Notes under the pieces: model-generated | The model's database searches: none | Told to the model about the DNA's origin: nothing | Seen by the model: only the letters and a program-made list of their open reading frames with translations | Part shown: in pieces, positions 17,002-27,279 of the stretch | How the letters are laid out: the number at the start of each line of letters is the position of its first letter | Numbering within the stretch: position 1 is the first letter of the stretch | Translations under genes and position numbers: made by a program | Assembly: GCA_964014485.1 (NCBI GenBank) | Contig: CAXHAT010000065.1 | Coordinates: 1-38,463, forward strand | Length of the DNA: 38,463 nucleotides | Source of the DNA: an uncultured Deferribacteres bacterium | Lineage (GTDB): Bacteria; Zhuqueibacterota; Zhuqueibacteria; Zhuqueibacterales; Geothermadaptataceae | Reading direction: 5' to 3'

Positions 17002-18456
17002 ATGACTTTTGTAGCCGATTTAGAACCTAAAATTCTTTGGCGGCATTTCGACAAAATTTTGACGATTCCGCGCGGTTCAAAGCAGGAAGAACAAATGCGC
17101 GAATACGTCGTTGAGCAGGCGAAAAAGCACGGCTTCAGATACAAAGTTGACGCAGCCGGGAACGTCGTCGTCATCAAGCCTGGAACAGGCGGGCGCGAAG
17201 ATGCGCCAGTCACGGTTTTGCAAGCGCATCTGGACATGGTCAACGAGAAAAACTCGGACGTTGAACACGATTTTGACAAAGATCCGATTCTCCCGCAACG
17301 AGACGGCGATTATCTGAAAGCGACCGGCACGACGCTTGGCTCAGACAACGGAATCGGCGTTGCGGCCATGCTTGCGTTGATGGACGAAACGAATGTCGAG
17401 CACGGCCCGCTGGAATTATTGTTCACCATAGACGAAGAAACCGGCTTGACCGGCGCCGCTGAATTGGCGGACGATATGCTCGAAGGAAGGCGCTTGATTA
17501 ATCTGGACACAGAAGAAGAAGGCGCATTTTACGTCGGGTGCGCCGGTGGAGGCGACACCAACCTGACCTTGCCTGTTTCAACGACGGCCTTGCCAAACGG
17601 TTTTGTCTGTTTTGAACTTAAATTGATCGGTTTAAAAGGTGGTCACTCAGGCTGTGACATTCATTTACAGCGCGGCAACGCCGTCAAGCTTTTGGCTCGA
17701 ATTCTCCACACCGGTTACCTGGACGCGCCGTTCTTGTTAGCTCGCCTCGAAGGCGGTGACAAGCACAACGCCATTCCGCGCGAAGCGTTTGCGGTGTTAG
17801 CGGTTTCGCAGGAAAATATCGCGGCGCTGCAGAAACTGCTGGACGCTGAGTTTGAAAACGTTCGCACTGAATTCGCGCCCGCCGAACCTGGGATGGTTTT
17901 TGAAATTGCTGAAAGTGATACGGTTGACACAGTCTGGGATGACGCAGCGACGCAAAAAGTGTTGGGCTTGGTGAATGGACTGCCGCACGGGGTTCTATCG
18001 ATGAGTTATGACATTTCCGACTTGGTCGAAACCAGCACCAACCTTGCCGCAGCCAAATCGCAGGACGGCGCTTTTCGCGTTTTGATGAGCACGCGCAGCT
18101 CCGTCGCAACCGCTCTGGAAGGGACGCGTCGCCGTATTCGCGCCCTGGCGTCGTTGGTTGAGGCCGAGGTTGAAGAAAATAACGCCTATCCCGGCTGGAA
18201 GCCCGACCTCAAGTCCGATTTGTTAGACATTATGCGTGGCGTGCATAAAAACATGGCTGGCAAAGACCCGGAAGTCCTCGCCGTCCATGCCGGTTTGGAA
18301 TGCGGCATCATCGGCGAAAAATATCCCGGGATGGACATGATTTCCATCGGGCCGGAAATTGAATTCCCGCATTCTCCCGACGAACGCGTCAACATTCCAA
18401 CCGTAAAAAATTTCTATGATCTTCTGCTCGCTTCGCTGAAAGCATTATCGTCATGA
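17002..18456 (+). CDS. pepD: Aminoacyl-histidine dipeptidase (peptidase D, M20 family)
   Basis: IPRGS..E, LQAHLDMV.EK, GTTLGSDNGIG, DEETGLTGA, NLDTEE, GGHSG, HAGLECG, HSPDER. GGAG RBS before ATG 17002. Confidence 0.95.
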   Translation: MTFVADLEPKILWRHFDKILTIPRGSKQEEQMREYVVEQAKKHGFRYKVDAAGNVVVIKPGTGGREDAPVTVLQAHLDMVNEKNSDVEHDFDKDPILPQRDGDYLKATGTTLGSDNGIGVAAMLALMDETNVEHGPLELLFTIDEETGLTGAAELADDMLEGRRLINLDTEEEGAFYVGCAGGGDTNLTLPVSTTALPNGFVCFELKLIGLKGGHSGCDIHLQRGNAVKLLARILHTGYLDAPFLLARLEGGDKHNAIPREAFAVLAVSQENIAALQKLLDAEFENVRTEFAPAEPGMVFEIAESDTVDTVWDDAATQKVLGLVNGLPHGVLSMSYDISDLVETSTNLAAAKSQDGAFRVLMSTRSSVATALEGTRRRIRALASLVEAEVEENNAYPGWKPDLKSDLLDIMRGVHKNMAGKDPEVLAVHAGLECGIIGEKYPGMDMISIGPEIEFPHSPDERVNIPTVKNFYDLLLASLKALSS

Positions 18457-18809
18457 AAACCGTTTCAAAACAATTGCTCAACAAGATCACGCAGCGTTTA
18501 GCGGCTGAGTTTGAGCCGGATCAAATCATCCTTTTTGGTTCTCATGCATGGGGGGAGCCGGATGAAAACAGTGATCTGGATTTATTGGTCATTGTTCCTC
18601 AAAGCGATGAGCCTCGACCCCAAAGAGCAACACGTGCATATCGTTGTTTGCGCGACATAATTGTCCCTATGGATATTCTCGTGAGAACGCGAGCGGAAGT
18701 CGAGCGTCACCGTCAGGTTTATGCTTCGTTGGTGGCTGAAGTTTTGGAGCGAGGAACTATCTTATATGAAAAAAGTACAGATCGAACTCGTCAAAGCATG
18801 GTTCATTAA
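18453..18809 (+). CDS. Minimal nucleotidyltransferase (MNT), pair 2
   Basis: IILFGSHAWG...NSDLDLLVIV. ATGA overlap with the pepD stop. Confidence 0.9.
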   Translation: MKTVSKQLLNKITQRLAAEFEPDQIILFGSHAWGEPDENSDLDLLVIVPQSDEPRPQRATRAYRCLRDIIVPMDILVRTRAEVERHRQVYASLVAEVLERGTILYEKSTDRTRQSMVH

Positions 18810-19173
18810 AGCGCAACACGATCTGGGAACTGCGCATAAGTTGTCAAAAGGACCAGACCCTTTTCTTGATACTGCCATTTATCATTGCCAACAAGCCGCT
18901 GAAAAATCGATCAAAGGATTTCTTGTTTATCATAATCAAAGGTTTGAGAAAACGCACGATTTGAGACCGATGATTGATATGGCGGCAAAGATCGACACAG
19001 AGTTTTCCGAATTAATGGATGCTGCTGAATTACTCACGCCTTACGCCACTGAATTCCGCTATCCTGATGACGTACTTGAACCATCGGGAACGCAATTCAG
19101 TGAAGCTTTGAAAATGGCGGAACAATTTTACGAATTTATTCTCTCAAGATTGCCTGAGAATACTCACCCCTGA
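18766..19173 (+). CDS. HEPN domain protein (MNT-HEPN pair 2)
   Basis: W..KA.HDL, YHCQQAAEKSIKG, KTHDL, LTPYA.EFRYP. The ATG at 18766 lies inside the MNT LYE codons. Confidence 0.9.
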   Translation: MKKVQIELVKAWFIKAQHDLGTAHKLSKGPDPFLDTAIYHCQQAAEKSIKGFLVYHNQRFEKTHDLRPMIDMAAKIDTEFSELMDAAELLTPYATEFRYPDDVLEPSGTQFSEALKMAEQFYEFILSRLPENTHP

Positions 19174-19190
19174 TCTTTAGTTTTCAGAAT

Positions 19191-20381
19191 ATGAAACCAA
19201 ACTGCATCATTGTTCATTATCACGAGATTGCGCTGAAAGGGGATAACCGCTCTTTTTTCGAACGCCAGCTCAAGAATAGCATGACAATCGCCGCCGCGCA
19301 CTTGGGCGTTGCGCGAATTGAATTGTTACGCGGACGCATCGTGGCGCATCTTGAGCCGTCCGCCAAGATCGACGAGGTGATTGCGGCGCTGAAAAAAGTA
19401 TGCGGGATCGCCTATTTTGCGCCAGCCGTTCTTTCAGGCCAGGAAGTTGATGAAATGGCGGAAATCGCCGTTTCACTTGTCAAAGGCTTGACCTTCGAAA
19501 GTTTCTGCGTTCGCGCGCGACGAACCCAAAAAACTTTTCCGCTGACTTCAGTCGAAATCAATACGAGAATCGGCGCCAAAATTCAGCAGCATGTATCCGC
19601 CCGGGTCGATTTGAAAAATCCGGAAATGACGGTACATATTGAAATTTATGACAAAAGCGCGCTGATTTATTGCGGGAAAATCGACGGTATGGGCGGATTG
19701 CCAGTAGGCTCCAGCAGCCGCGCCGTCTCATTGCTTTCCTCTGGCATAGATTCACCGGTCGCTTCCTGGAAATTGATTCGCCGCGGCGTGCGAACAACGT
19801 TTGTGCATTTTCACAGCGCGCCATACACAAGCAACGCCTCGATTACCAACACCAAGCGATTGACGGAACTGCTCACCGAATATCAATATCGCTCCAAGCT
19901 CTACATCGTACCGTTTCTCGATATTCAACAGCATATTACCAGTACGGCGGAAGGGAAATATCGCGTTATCCTGTACCGTAGAATGATGCTGCGCATTGCC
20001 GAGAAAATCGCAAAACGAGAGAACGCTTTCGCCCTCGTTACCGGCGACAATGTCGGACAGGTTGCGTCCCAGACGCTGCCGAACATGTTTGCGATCAACG
20101 AAGTCACGCGATTGCCGGTTTTGCGTCCTTTGGCTGGCGAAGACAAGCAGGACATCATCAATCTTGCCAAAAGAATCGGCACTTTTGACGTTTCCATAGA
20201 GCCGTATGATGATTGTTGTTCATTGTTTGTCCCCAAGAATCCCGAGACGAATGCGCGCGTCAATCTGGTGCGCGAACAAGAGATTGACCTTGATATCGAC
20301 GGACTCATTCAAAAAGCGCTTGATGCAAGCGAGATTATACATTTCAAATTTAAACAAGGCGTAGTTACTCAGTCGTCATGA
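19191..20381 (+). CDS. thiI: tRNA 4-thiouridine synthase ThiI (THUMP + PP-loop, no rhodanese domain)
   Basis: EIALKGDNR, GGLPVGSS, LLSSGIDSPVA, TGDNVGQVASQT, LRPL, DDCC. Confidence 0.96.
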   Translation: MKPNCIIVHYHEIALKGDNRSFFERQLKNSMTIAAAHLGVARIELLRGRIVAHLEPSAKIDEVIAALKKVCGIAYFAPAVLSGQEVDEMAEIAVSLVKGLTFESFCVRARRTQKTFPLTSVEINTRIGAKIQQHVSARVDLKNPEMTVHIEIYDKSALIYCGKIDGMGGLPVGSSSRAVSLLSSGIDSPVASWKLIRRGVRTTFVHFHSAPYTSNASITNTKRLTELLTEYQYRSKLYIVPFLDIQQHITSTAEGKYRVILYRRMMLRIAEKIAKRENAFALVTGDNVGQVASQTLPNMFAINEVTRLPVLRPLAGEDKQDIINLAKRIGTFDVSIEPYDDCCSLFVPKNPETNARVNLVREQEIDLDIDGLIQKALDASEIIHFKFKQGVVTQSS

Positions 20382-21202
20382 AAAACCTGTCCATCGCTTT
20401 CCAACCCGGGGATCCCGTCCTTTTTATCGACCGAAAATTTCGCGAATACTACGACGTTCTTGAGGAAGGAAAAATCAAAAACATTCGCGGCGACATGTTG
20501 CCGCATGATGAAATAATTGGGCGGATGGAAGGTTTTATCATGAAATCGCAGCGCAGCTTGCCGTTTCAGATTTTCCGTCCAACGATTGGCGAGAACGTGC
20601 GCCTAATGCGGCGCGGCGCACAGGTGATTTACCCGAAAGACATCGCGACGATTTTGGTTTGGGGAGATATTTACCCGGGAGCGAATGTTGTCGAATGCGG
20701 GCTTGGTTCCGGCGCATTGACTTCGGCGCTGCTGCGCGCCGTTGGGGAAAACGGCAAGGTCACCAGTTATGAAATCCGCGAAGATTTTATGAACAACGCC
20801 AATAAAAATCTGGATAATTTCATTGGCGAGCGCCCTAATCACACCATCAAAAATATCGACATTTACGAGACTTTCGATGACGAAAACGTCGACCGCCTCG
20901 TGCTTGACGTTCCTGAACCTTGGCAAGCGATTGAAACCGCCACGCCGCACCTGCGCTCCGGCGCCGTCATCTGCTCGTATTCGCCAACGATTCGGCAGGT
21001 GGACGCATTTGTGAAAAAGATTCTGCAATTAAAAGTCTATTCGCGCATTCAAACAATGGAATCGCTGGTGCGAGAGTGGAAGGTGGACGAAGTCAGCGTT
21101 CGCCCGAAAATGCGCATGGTTGCGCACACGGCTTTTTTGACCTTCGCACGTCATATCCCAGAGTTGAAGGAACGACGAAAACCTGAAGAAACGCCGGGAT
21201 AA
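20378..21202 (+). CDS. trmI: tRNA (adenine58-N1)-methyltransferase TrmI/Trm61
   Basis: RGAQVIYPKD, VECGLGSGALT, YEIREDF, LDVPEPW, SVRP..RMVAHTAFL. ATGA overlap with thiI. Confidence 0.93.
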   Translation: MKNLSIAFQPGDPVLFIDRKFREYYDVLEEGKIKNIRGDMLPHDEIIGRMEGFIMKSQRSLPFQIFRPTIGENVRLMRRGAQVIYPKDIATILVWGDIYPGANVVECGLGSGALTSALLRAVGENGKVTSYEIREDFMNNANKNLDNFIGERPNHTIKNIDIYETFDDENVDRLVLDVPEPWQAIETATPHLRSGAVICSYSPTIRQVDAFVKKILQLKVYSRIQTMESLVREWKVDEVSVRPKMRMVAHTAFLTFARHIPELKERRKPEETPG

Positions 21203-21284
21203 TCTTGAAAACTTCACTTGTTTCAAGGGTTAAGCAAAATAGATTCTTCCGGAAAGACACTTGTGGGGGGAATAGTTTGAGAAC

Positions 21285-24200
21285 TCAGCTCTTGTTGAGG
21301 TTGGCCGTTTTTTCAGAGAGTGCTTGGTCGATTTCCTTGATTCTTTGGGCGGCGAATTTGCCGAACGTTCCAGCACTGCCGTCCAGGCGGACAACGAGGT
21401 CATACATTTCGCGCGCACGCTGAAAATTGTTCAAAGCGGCGTAGCTTTGTCCGGCTTTGAAAATCGCCGTAACGCGCCAGGGCTGTCTGGTGTCAACGTC
21501 TGAATACCTGATTTTCAGCAGTTCAGAAATCGCTTGCTCATATTTTTCGCTCTCAAAAAAAGCCTCGCCAATATAATACTGAATCTCAATCGCGTCTTCG
21601 CCGTGAGTGAGCGGCTTGAGCCTGCGATAATGCGCCACAGCGTCCTCGTGACGGCGAAGATTGCGCAACTGTCGCCCGATAGCAATATTGATGCGGATGC
21701 TCTGTTCCGCCTCTAAAGAAAAATCAAGAAAGTCGCGGTAGTACTTGAGCGAAACGTCGTGAAAACCCCATTCTTCGTAAAGCTCTGCAAGTTCTAGAAC
21801 GCTTTCGCGATGAGTCGCGTCGAAAATTGAATCTTCGATGGCTTTTTTAAACGCCTGAGCCGCGTTGTTTAACTGGCGCTGTTCTTTGTAGAACCGTCCC
21901 AGATTGTAGTAAACCACGCGCAGAAAGGGATCGTCGGGATATTTTTGAGGAATGGACGTTAGGGCTTTCAGGGCGTCATCCATTTTGTTTTGCACGAGCA
22001 GAGCGTTGCCCAGGCCGAAATCTCCCCGAATAGCAAAACTTGTCCCTTTGTATTTTTTCTGCACTTCCTTGAAAGAACGCTCGGCCTGACGAAAATTTTT
22101 CTGTCGGACGTAAGCCGAGCCAACTTCGTATTCAATCTCGGCAATGGCTTCATCGTCTTTGTAGTTCCTTTTAAAATTTTTGACGGAGTTGTTCATGCCA
22201 GAAATATTTCCCAAACGCAAATTGGCGATAATTCGTATTTTTTCAGCACGCGGACGCTCCGTCGCTGGATCGCCGTGAACAACGATTTCCGCCGCCAGTC
22301 GAGAGGCTTCCTTGAAATCGCCAAAATCGAATGCCATTTCCGCCAAACCGAATTTGGCTGCGATTCCTTGTCTGCTTTTCTCGCCGCTGCGTTTGATGAC
22401 GTCACCGAAGAAGCTCTGCGCCAGCCCAAATGCTTGTATTTTAACCGACAACTTGCCCAATGCAAGCAAAGCTTCCGTCCTTTTTTCATGCTCGCCGTGA
22501 TCGCGAACAAAGTCCAAATAACCGGCGATTGCTTTCGGCGGCATATCCCGACTTTCAAAAGCGCGTCCCAAGAGAAACTGCGGTTCCGCCGGGAGCTTGG
22601 GGGACAATAAATCTGAAACGCCCGCTCGCCGATCACGCATTTCCTGAATAAAATTGACCGTGTCTTCAAATCTGCCTTGCGCGAAGCTAATTTTTGCCAT
22701 TTCGGCCAGTGCGTCCTCGGCGAATGTGCTGTATCTGGCTTTGGTGCGAATCTCATTTAAAAGCGAAAAAGCTTCGTTGAGTCGGCCTTGTCGTGAGTGG
22801 ATTTTTGCAGCGAGTAGATTCGCCTCAAATTGCGCAGGATTTCGTTGTGGAGACTGCCGCACTTCATCCAAAATCGCCATCGCTGAAACCGTGTCCGCAA
22901 AGCTCAAGCCGAGTTTGGCTTGCAGTAGCGCGGCGGCGTTTTTGTAAGCCGGTTGTGCAACGGCGCGGAACGTGGAGAGTCGTTGCGCGATTCCCCCAAA
23001 TCGCAGGCTGTCTGCCGGAGACGCATTGGCAACGTGCGTTTCAAAGACGTTGACATGAATTGGCGAAAACGCCGGCTGAGAAGCATAGGCGGCGGAAAGT
23101 GAATCAAGAAAACTGAAGTTTTGCCGAATGTCTCGCAGTGCAATATAACCGAGCATCAAATCTATCTGTGGGTGTGTGCGCCCAGCTTCAAGCGTATTTT
23201 TGACGTAGTTAAGCGTGACGGCGGCGGAGTCGTACCAGGTTTTTGCTTCGTCGCGATTTTCGAGTCGAGCCATATCGCCGAGCACGAAGTACGACTGCCC
23301 TAAAAGCGTCCAGGCTTGCGCACGCGAACCGGATTCTGTAGCGCTGGCCATCGCTTGCCGCAAAAGCGGAATGACCCGGTCATATTTTTTGAAATGAAAA
23401 TTGAGTCTGGCTTCGCGCAAAAGGTTGTTGTCCATGCCGCCGTTTCGTCCTAGGTCATCCCATGCAGCCGCAAGTCGAGCATAATCTGGCGTGTAGTATT
23501 TTTCGATCAGTTCGATGTGATTTTTGGCCGTCTCAAAATATTCGCTCGCGGGATAGTTGCTCTGCAAGCGACGCCATTCGGCCAAGGCCAGTTTCCAACT
23601 TTGAAGTTTTTCGTAAGCCAGCGCCAGCTTGCATTGCACTTCGTCAATTTTTACAAAATCAGAATGTTCGTCGATAAAATCGCCGTAAAGTCGCGTTGCG
23701 CGGGCGGCGTCTTCATAAAGCTCAAAATAAACATCCGCCTGGGTGAGATGCAGCTTTTTCTCTAATGACGGAGCGGGAGAGTTTTTAAGAGCGCGACGGG
23801 TAAGATTAAGCGCTTGCGCTGCGTTTCCCGCCTTGGCCGCTGATTTGGCGCCTTCCAGACATGCCAGCGCAAAGAGTGAATCATCCTTGTTTTTTGTCAA
23901 TGAGGCCACACGTTCAAATCCGGCCAGAGCGCTCGAATAGTCGCGGAGTTGGGCGCGAATTTGCGCTGTCATCAACAAGTGCTCCGGGCGAATGCTGCCA
24001 GAGTTGGGGGCATTCGCAAGAACGCTCAAAGCTTCCGTAAATTGATTGGCTTCCAAATGAGTTCTTGCCTGTTGGAAGCTCGCGATTGCCGCAAGAGAAT
24101 CATTGCTTGAATTGATGACTTTTGAAAATTGTGAGAGCGCCTGGTTGTGGTCGCCGATCCTGCTAAAAAGATTTCCAGAGCGTAATGCTGCAATGACCGC

Positions 24201-25082
24201 CGTCTCTTGGCCCTTAAATTTTCGCTCAATTTCCGTCAACGTCTCCTGCGCTTTTTGGTATTGCCCAAGCGCTTGGTGAAGCTCCGCCCTGGCCAGAAAA
24301 ACATCCGCACCGGCAACTGATTCAGGAAATCTGCGGAGAAATTGTTCGGACAGTCTGAAAGCGCGATTGTATTCTTCCGTCCGAATAAAATCCCGCAGGA
24401 GAATAATTTGCGCCTGAGCGACAACGTCTTCGCTTCTGGCGTATTTATCTACAGCGTCAAAAAGCAATTTGCGGCCATGAATCCGATCAATGGAAAGTTG
24501 CAAGGTTCCGGCGCGCATCAGGGCTTCCGCGGCTTGTGGGGTTGAATCGTGGATCAGGGCGAAACGTTCGTAATTTCGAGCGGCCTGTTCCAAAGAATCT
24601 TGTTTTTCAAAGCAGGCGGCGATTTGAAACAAAGCATCGAAGGCCTGCGGCGAAGCGCCGAAGCGCAAGAGTAGTTTTTCGTAAGTCTGCCTGCTCTTTT
24701 CGTATCTTTCGAGTTTGAACCATCCCTCGCCTATGCGCCGCAAAGCTTCCGCCGCCCGTCGTTCGCCGGGATACTTTTGCAGGAATTGCTCAAATTGCGC
24801 GTTGCTTAAATCGTAATAACCGTCGTTGGCAAGCTTTTCGGCGTAGGTAAAATCTTCGTCGGCTTGACTTTGGTTTTGGGCCAGGGCGGGGGAGAGGCTG
24901 AGTGATAAGTAAACAGTAATTAGTATTTTGAAAAGCCCACAGGAAACCTTCCGATTCGTCCTTCTGATGGAATCCCTTTTGATCGCCAGGTAGAAACATT
25001 CTTGCAATTTTAGATATGAAGTCAAAAAGGATGTTTTCAGCTTGACAATGAAGGGCGTTTTATAAAATCTGCAAATTTGCAT
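21285..25082 (-). CDS. Large exported tetratricopeptide-repeat protein (start uncertain)
   Basis: Many BamD/CpoB-like TPR units (F...YP.S..A..AL). A signal-peptide-like segment FKILITVYLSLSLSPALA-Q begins about 50 codons into the ORF. Confidence 0.85.
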   Translation of the reverse strand: MQICRFYKTPFIVKLKTSFLTSYLKLQECFYLAIKRDSIRRTNRKVSCGLFKILITVYLSLSLSPALAQNQSQADEDFTYAEKLANDGYYDLSNAQFEQFLQKYPGERRAAEALRRIGEGWFKLERYEKSRQTYEKLLLRFGASPQAFDALFQIAACFEKQDSLEQAARNYERFALIHDSTPQAAEALMRAGTLQLSIDRIHGRKLLFDAVDKYARSEDVVAQAQIILLRDFIRTEEYNRAFRLSEQFLRRFPESVAGADVFLARAELHQALGQYQKAQETLTEIERKFKGQETAVIAALRSGNLFSRIGDHNQALSQFSKVINSSNDSLAAIASFQQARTHLEANQFTEALSVLANAPNSGSIRPEHLLMTAQIRAQLRDYSSALAGFERVASLTKNKDDSLFALACLEGAKSAAKAGNAAQALNLTRRALKNSPAPSLEKKLHLTQADVYFELYEDAARATRLYGDFIDEHSDFVKIDEVQCKLALAYEKLQSWKLALAEWRRLQSNYPASEYFETAKNHIELIEKYYTPDYARLAAAWDDLGRNGGMDNNLLREARLNFHFKKYDRVIPLLRQAMASATESGSRAQAWTLLGQSYFVLGDMARLENRDEAKTWYDSAAVTLNYVKNTLEAGRTHPQIDLMLGYIALRDIRQNFSFLDSLSAAYASQPAFSPIHVNVFETHVANASPADSLRFGGIAQRLSTFRAVAQPAYKNAAALLQAKLGLSFADTVSAMAILDEVRQSPQRNPAQFEANLLAAKIHSRQGRLNEAFSLLNEIRTKARYSTFAEDALAEMAKISFAQGRFEDTVNFIQEMRDRRAGVSDLLSPKLPAEPQFLLGRAFESRDMPPKAIAGYLDFVRDHGEHEKRTEALLALGKLSVKIQAFGLAQSFFGDVIKRSGEKSRQGIAAKFGLAEMAFDFGDFKEASRLAAEIVVHGDPATERPRAEKIRIIANLRLGNISGMNNSVKNFKRNYKDDEAIAEIEYEVGSAYVRQKNFRQAERSFKEVQKKYKGTSFAIRGDFGLGNALLVQNKMDDALKALTSIPQKYPDDPFLRVVYYNLGRFYKEQRQLNNAAQAFKKAIEDSIFDATHRESVLELAELYEEWGFHDVSLKYYRDFLDFSLEAEQSIRINIAIGRQLRNLRRHEDAVAHYRRLKPLTHGEDAIEIQYYIGEAFFESEKYEQAISELLKIRYSDVDTRQPWRVTAIFKAGQSYAALNNFQRAREMYDLVVRLDGSAGTFGKFAAQRIKEIDQALSEKTANLNKS

Positions 25083-27279
25083 ATTGCACCACTAATGTTT
25101 TCACTTCGCCAGTGTGGAATTGAACGCGCAATTTAGCGTCACCGCCGTGACCATTCACGGAAATGACGCGACCAACGCCGAAAAGCTTGTGTTTGACGCG
25201 CGTCCCGCTTTGGATAAATCTTGGCTCCTGCGATTCATTTTCATAGTCCGGTGTTCGCTGCGCAAAGCTGTTCTCGTTACTCCAGGAACTTGATCTCGAG
25301 TAGCTTGATCGATAACTTGGCGACGGACTCATCTCAGAAAAATCTACAAAATCAGGGTCAAGTTCTTCAACAAAACGCGATTTGATTGAACGAATGAAAT
25401 CGCGATACCTGCGCCGCGCCGCCGACCAGGTAATGTAGAGTTTTTGTTTCGCTCTCGTCGTGCCGACGTAAAAAAGTCGGCGCTCTTCTTCCAAATCATC
25501 GCGGTTGTCATAACTGCGGGAGAGCGGAAAAAGGCCTTCTTCTAAACCCGCCATAAAAACAACGTCAAATTCCAGGCCTTTCGCACTGTGGAGCGTCATC
25601 ATTGTGACTGCATTCTGCTTGTCTTCCCAACGATCAATGTCCGTGACGAGAGATATTTGTTCCAGGAAACCATTGAGCGACGCGTCCGGCGTTATTTGCG
25701 CATATTCGTGAACGGCGTTCATCAGTTCGCGAATGTTATCTACTCGCGCTTGCGCGTCCGGCGTTGCTTCGGCCTTAAATTTTTGCAAAATACCGGTTTC
25801 TTCAATTAGAGAATTTGCCAGTTCCGTCACCGAGATTTCTTCCCGGATGGTGATGTATTTGTTGATCAGGGCATGAAATTTTTTCACGGAATTCTTGACG
25901 CGAGCGCCAAGATTCGAAACTTCGTCTACTTTTGCCAACGCGTCAAAGAACGACAACTTTTTCTCAACGGCGAAGGCCTGGATTTTTTGCAGCGACGCTT
26001 CTCCGACGCCGCGCAGCGGATAGTTAATGATTCGGCGCAAGCTGATCGTATCGACAGGATTGGCGACGAGGCGCAGATACGCCAAAATATCTTTGATCTC
26101 CTTGCGCTCATAAAACTTCATGCCGCCAACGATAACGTAGGCGATGTTATTGCGCCGCATCGCTTCTTCCAGCACCCGGCTTTGGGCGTTCGTACGGTAG
26201 AGAACGGCAAAATCACGAAAATTTCGCGACGATTCGGCAAGCATTTCCGCCTGAACTTTTGCGGCGATTAATTGCGCTTCTTCCAAATCCGTATTCGATT
26301 TGACAACTTGAACCTTGGAGCCGGAGTGGTGCTCCGTCCATAGTTGTTTACTATGCCGTCCGTGATTGTTGACGATGACGGAATGGGCGGCGTTTAGAAT
26401 ATTCTGTGTCGAGCGATAGTTCTGCTCCAGTCTGAAGACTTTGTGCTCTGAGTAATCCTTGCCAAACTCCAGAATATTGCGAATATCGGCGCCCCGCCAA
26501 CGATAAATCGATTGGTCGTCATCCCCGACGACGAACAAGTTTTTCGATTTGGCGGCCAACAGTTGCAAAAGCATATACTGTGCGCGATTCGTGTCCTGAA
26601 ATTCATCAACGAGTATGTGCTGCAACTGGCTCTGATACTTTTCCAACGCTTCGGGGAATTGTTTGAACAGCACCACGGGCAGCATCAGCAGGTCGTCGAA
26701 GTCGACGGCGTTGTTTTGCAGCAGCATTTCTTGGTATTTTTCATATATAAACGCCGTCGCATCGTCGCGCTCGTTTTGGACGGATGCTTTGAATTCTTCA
26801 GGAAAAACAAAAGCGTTTTTCGCGTTGCCGATGCGATAGCTCACATACTTTGGCTCGACAAATTTCTTATCGATTTTTTGTTCTGCGAAAATGAGTTCGA
26901 TACATTTGGCTTTGTCGTCCGTGTCATAAATATTGAACGAACGATCCAATTCCAGATAATGGCCGTCGCGGCGCAAAATCCGTGCACCCAGACTGTGGAA
27001 AGTGCCGATCCACGAAAAGCGAAAATCTTGCGAGGATGCGCTTCCCAAACGCTCTCGCATTTCTCCAGCCGCTTTGTTGGTAAATGTGACGGCCATGAAA
27101 GAATTCGGCGTCGCCAAGCCTTTTGAAAGCAAAAAAGCGATGCGATTGATTAAAACGCGCGTTTTTCCACTGCCCGCACCAGCCAAAACAAGTACCGGGC
27201 CGTCGCCGTCTTCAACTGCCTGCCTTTGCTCTTTATTCAGCGATGCCAGAAGTGCGTCGAGTTGTTCATTTGCATGCAC
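25060..27279 (-). CDS. pcrA: ATP-dependent DNA helicase PcrA/UvrD
   Basis: LAGAGSGKTRV, TFTNKAA.EM, VDEFQDTN, VGDDDQSIY.WRGA, LEQNYRST, LYRTNAQSR, TLHSAKGLEF, EEERRLFYVG.TRA, C-terminal Tudor-like V.H..FG.G. Confidence 0.97.
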   Translation of the reverse strand: MHANEQLDALLASLNKEQRQAVEDGDGPVLVLAGAGSGKTRVLINRIAFLLSKGLATPNSFMAVTFTNKAAGEMRERLGSASSQDFRFSWIGTFHSLGARILRRDGHYLELDRSFNIYDTDDKAKCIELIFAEQKIDKKFVEPKYVSYRIGNAKNAFVFPEEFKASVQNERDDATAFIYEKYQEMLLQNNAVDFDDLLMLPVVLFKQFPEALEKYQSQLQHILVDEFQDTNRAQYMLLQLLAAKSKNLFVVGDDDQSIYRWRGADIRNILEFGKDYSEHKVFRLEQNYRSTQNILNAAHSVIVNNHGRHSKQLWTEHHSGSKVQVVKSNTDLEEAQLIAAKVQAEMLAESSRNFRDFAVLYRTNAQSRVLEEAMRRNNIAYVIVGGMKFYERKEIKDILAYLRLVANPVDTISLRRIINYPLRGVGEASLQKIQAFAVEKKLSFFDALAKVDEVSNLGARVKNSVKKFHALINKYITIREEISVTELANSLIEETGILQKFKAEATPDAQARVDNIRELMNAVHEYAQITPDASLNGFLEQISLVTDIDRWEDKQNAVTMMTLHSAKGLEFDVVFMAGLEEGLFPLSRSYDNRDDLEEERRLFYVGTTRAKQKLYITWSAARRRYRDFIRSIKSRFVEELDPDFVDFSEMSPSPSYRSSYSRSSSWSNENSFAQRTPDYENESQEPRFIQSGTRVKHKLFGVGRVISVNGHGGDAKLRVQFHTGEVKTLVVQYANLQIL

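Noticed and set aside
25042..25068. TTGACA...TAAAAT as an antisense promoter to pcrA
   Set aside because: The spacer is only 15 nt and there is no other support.
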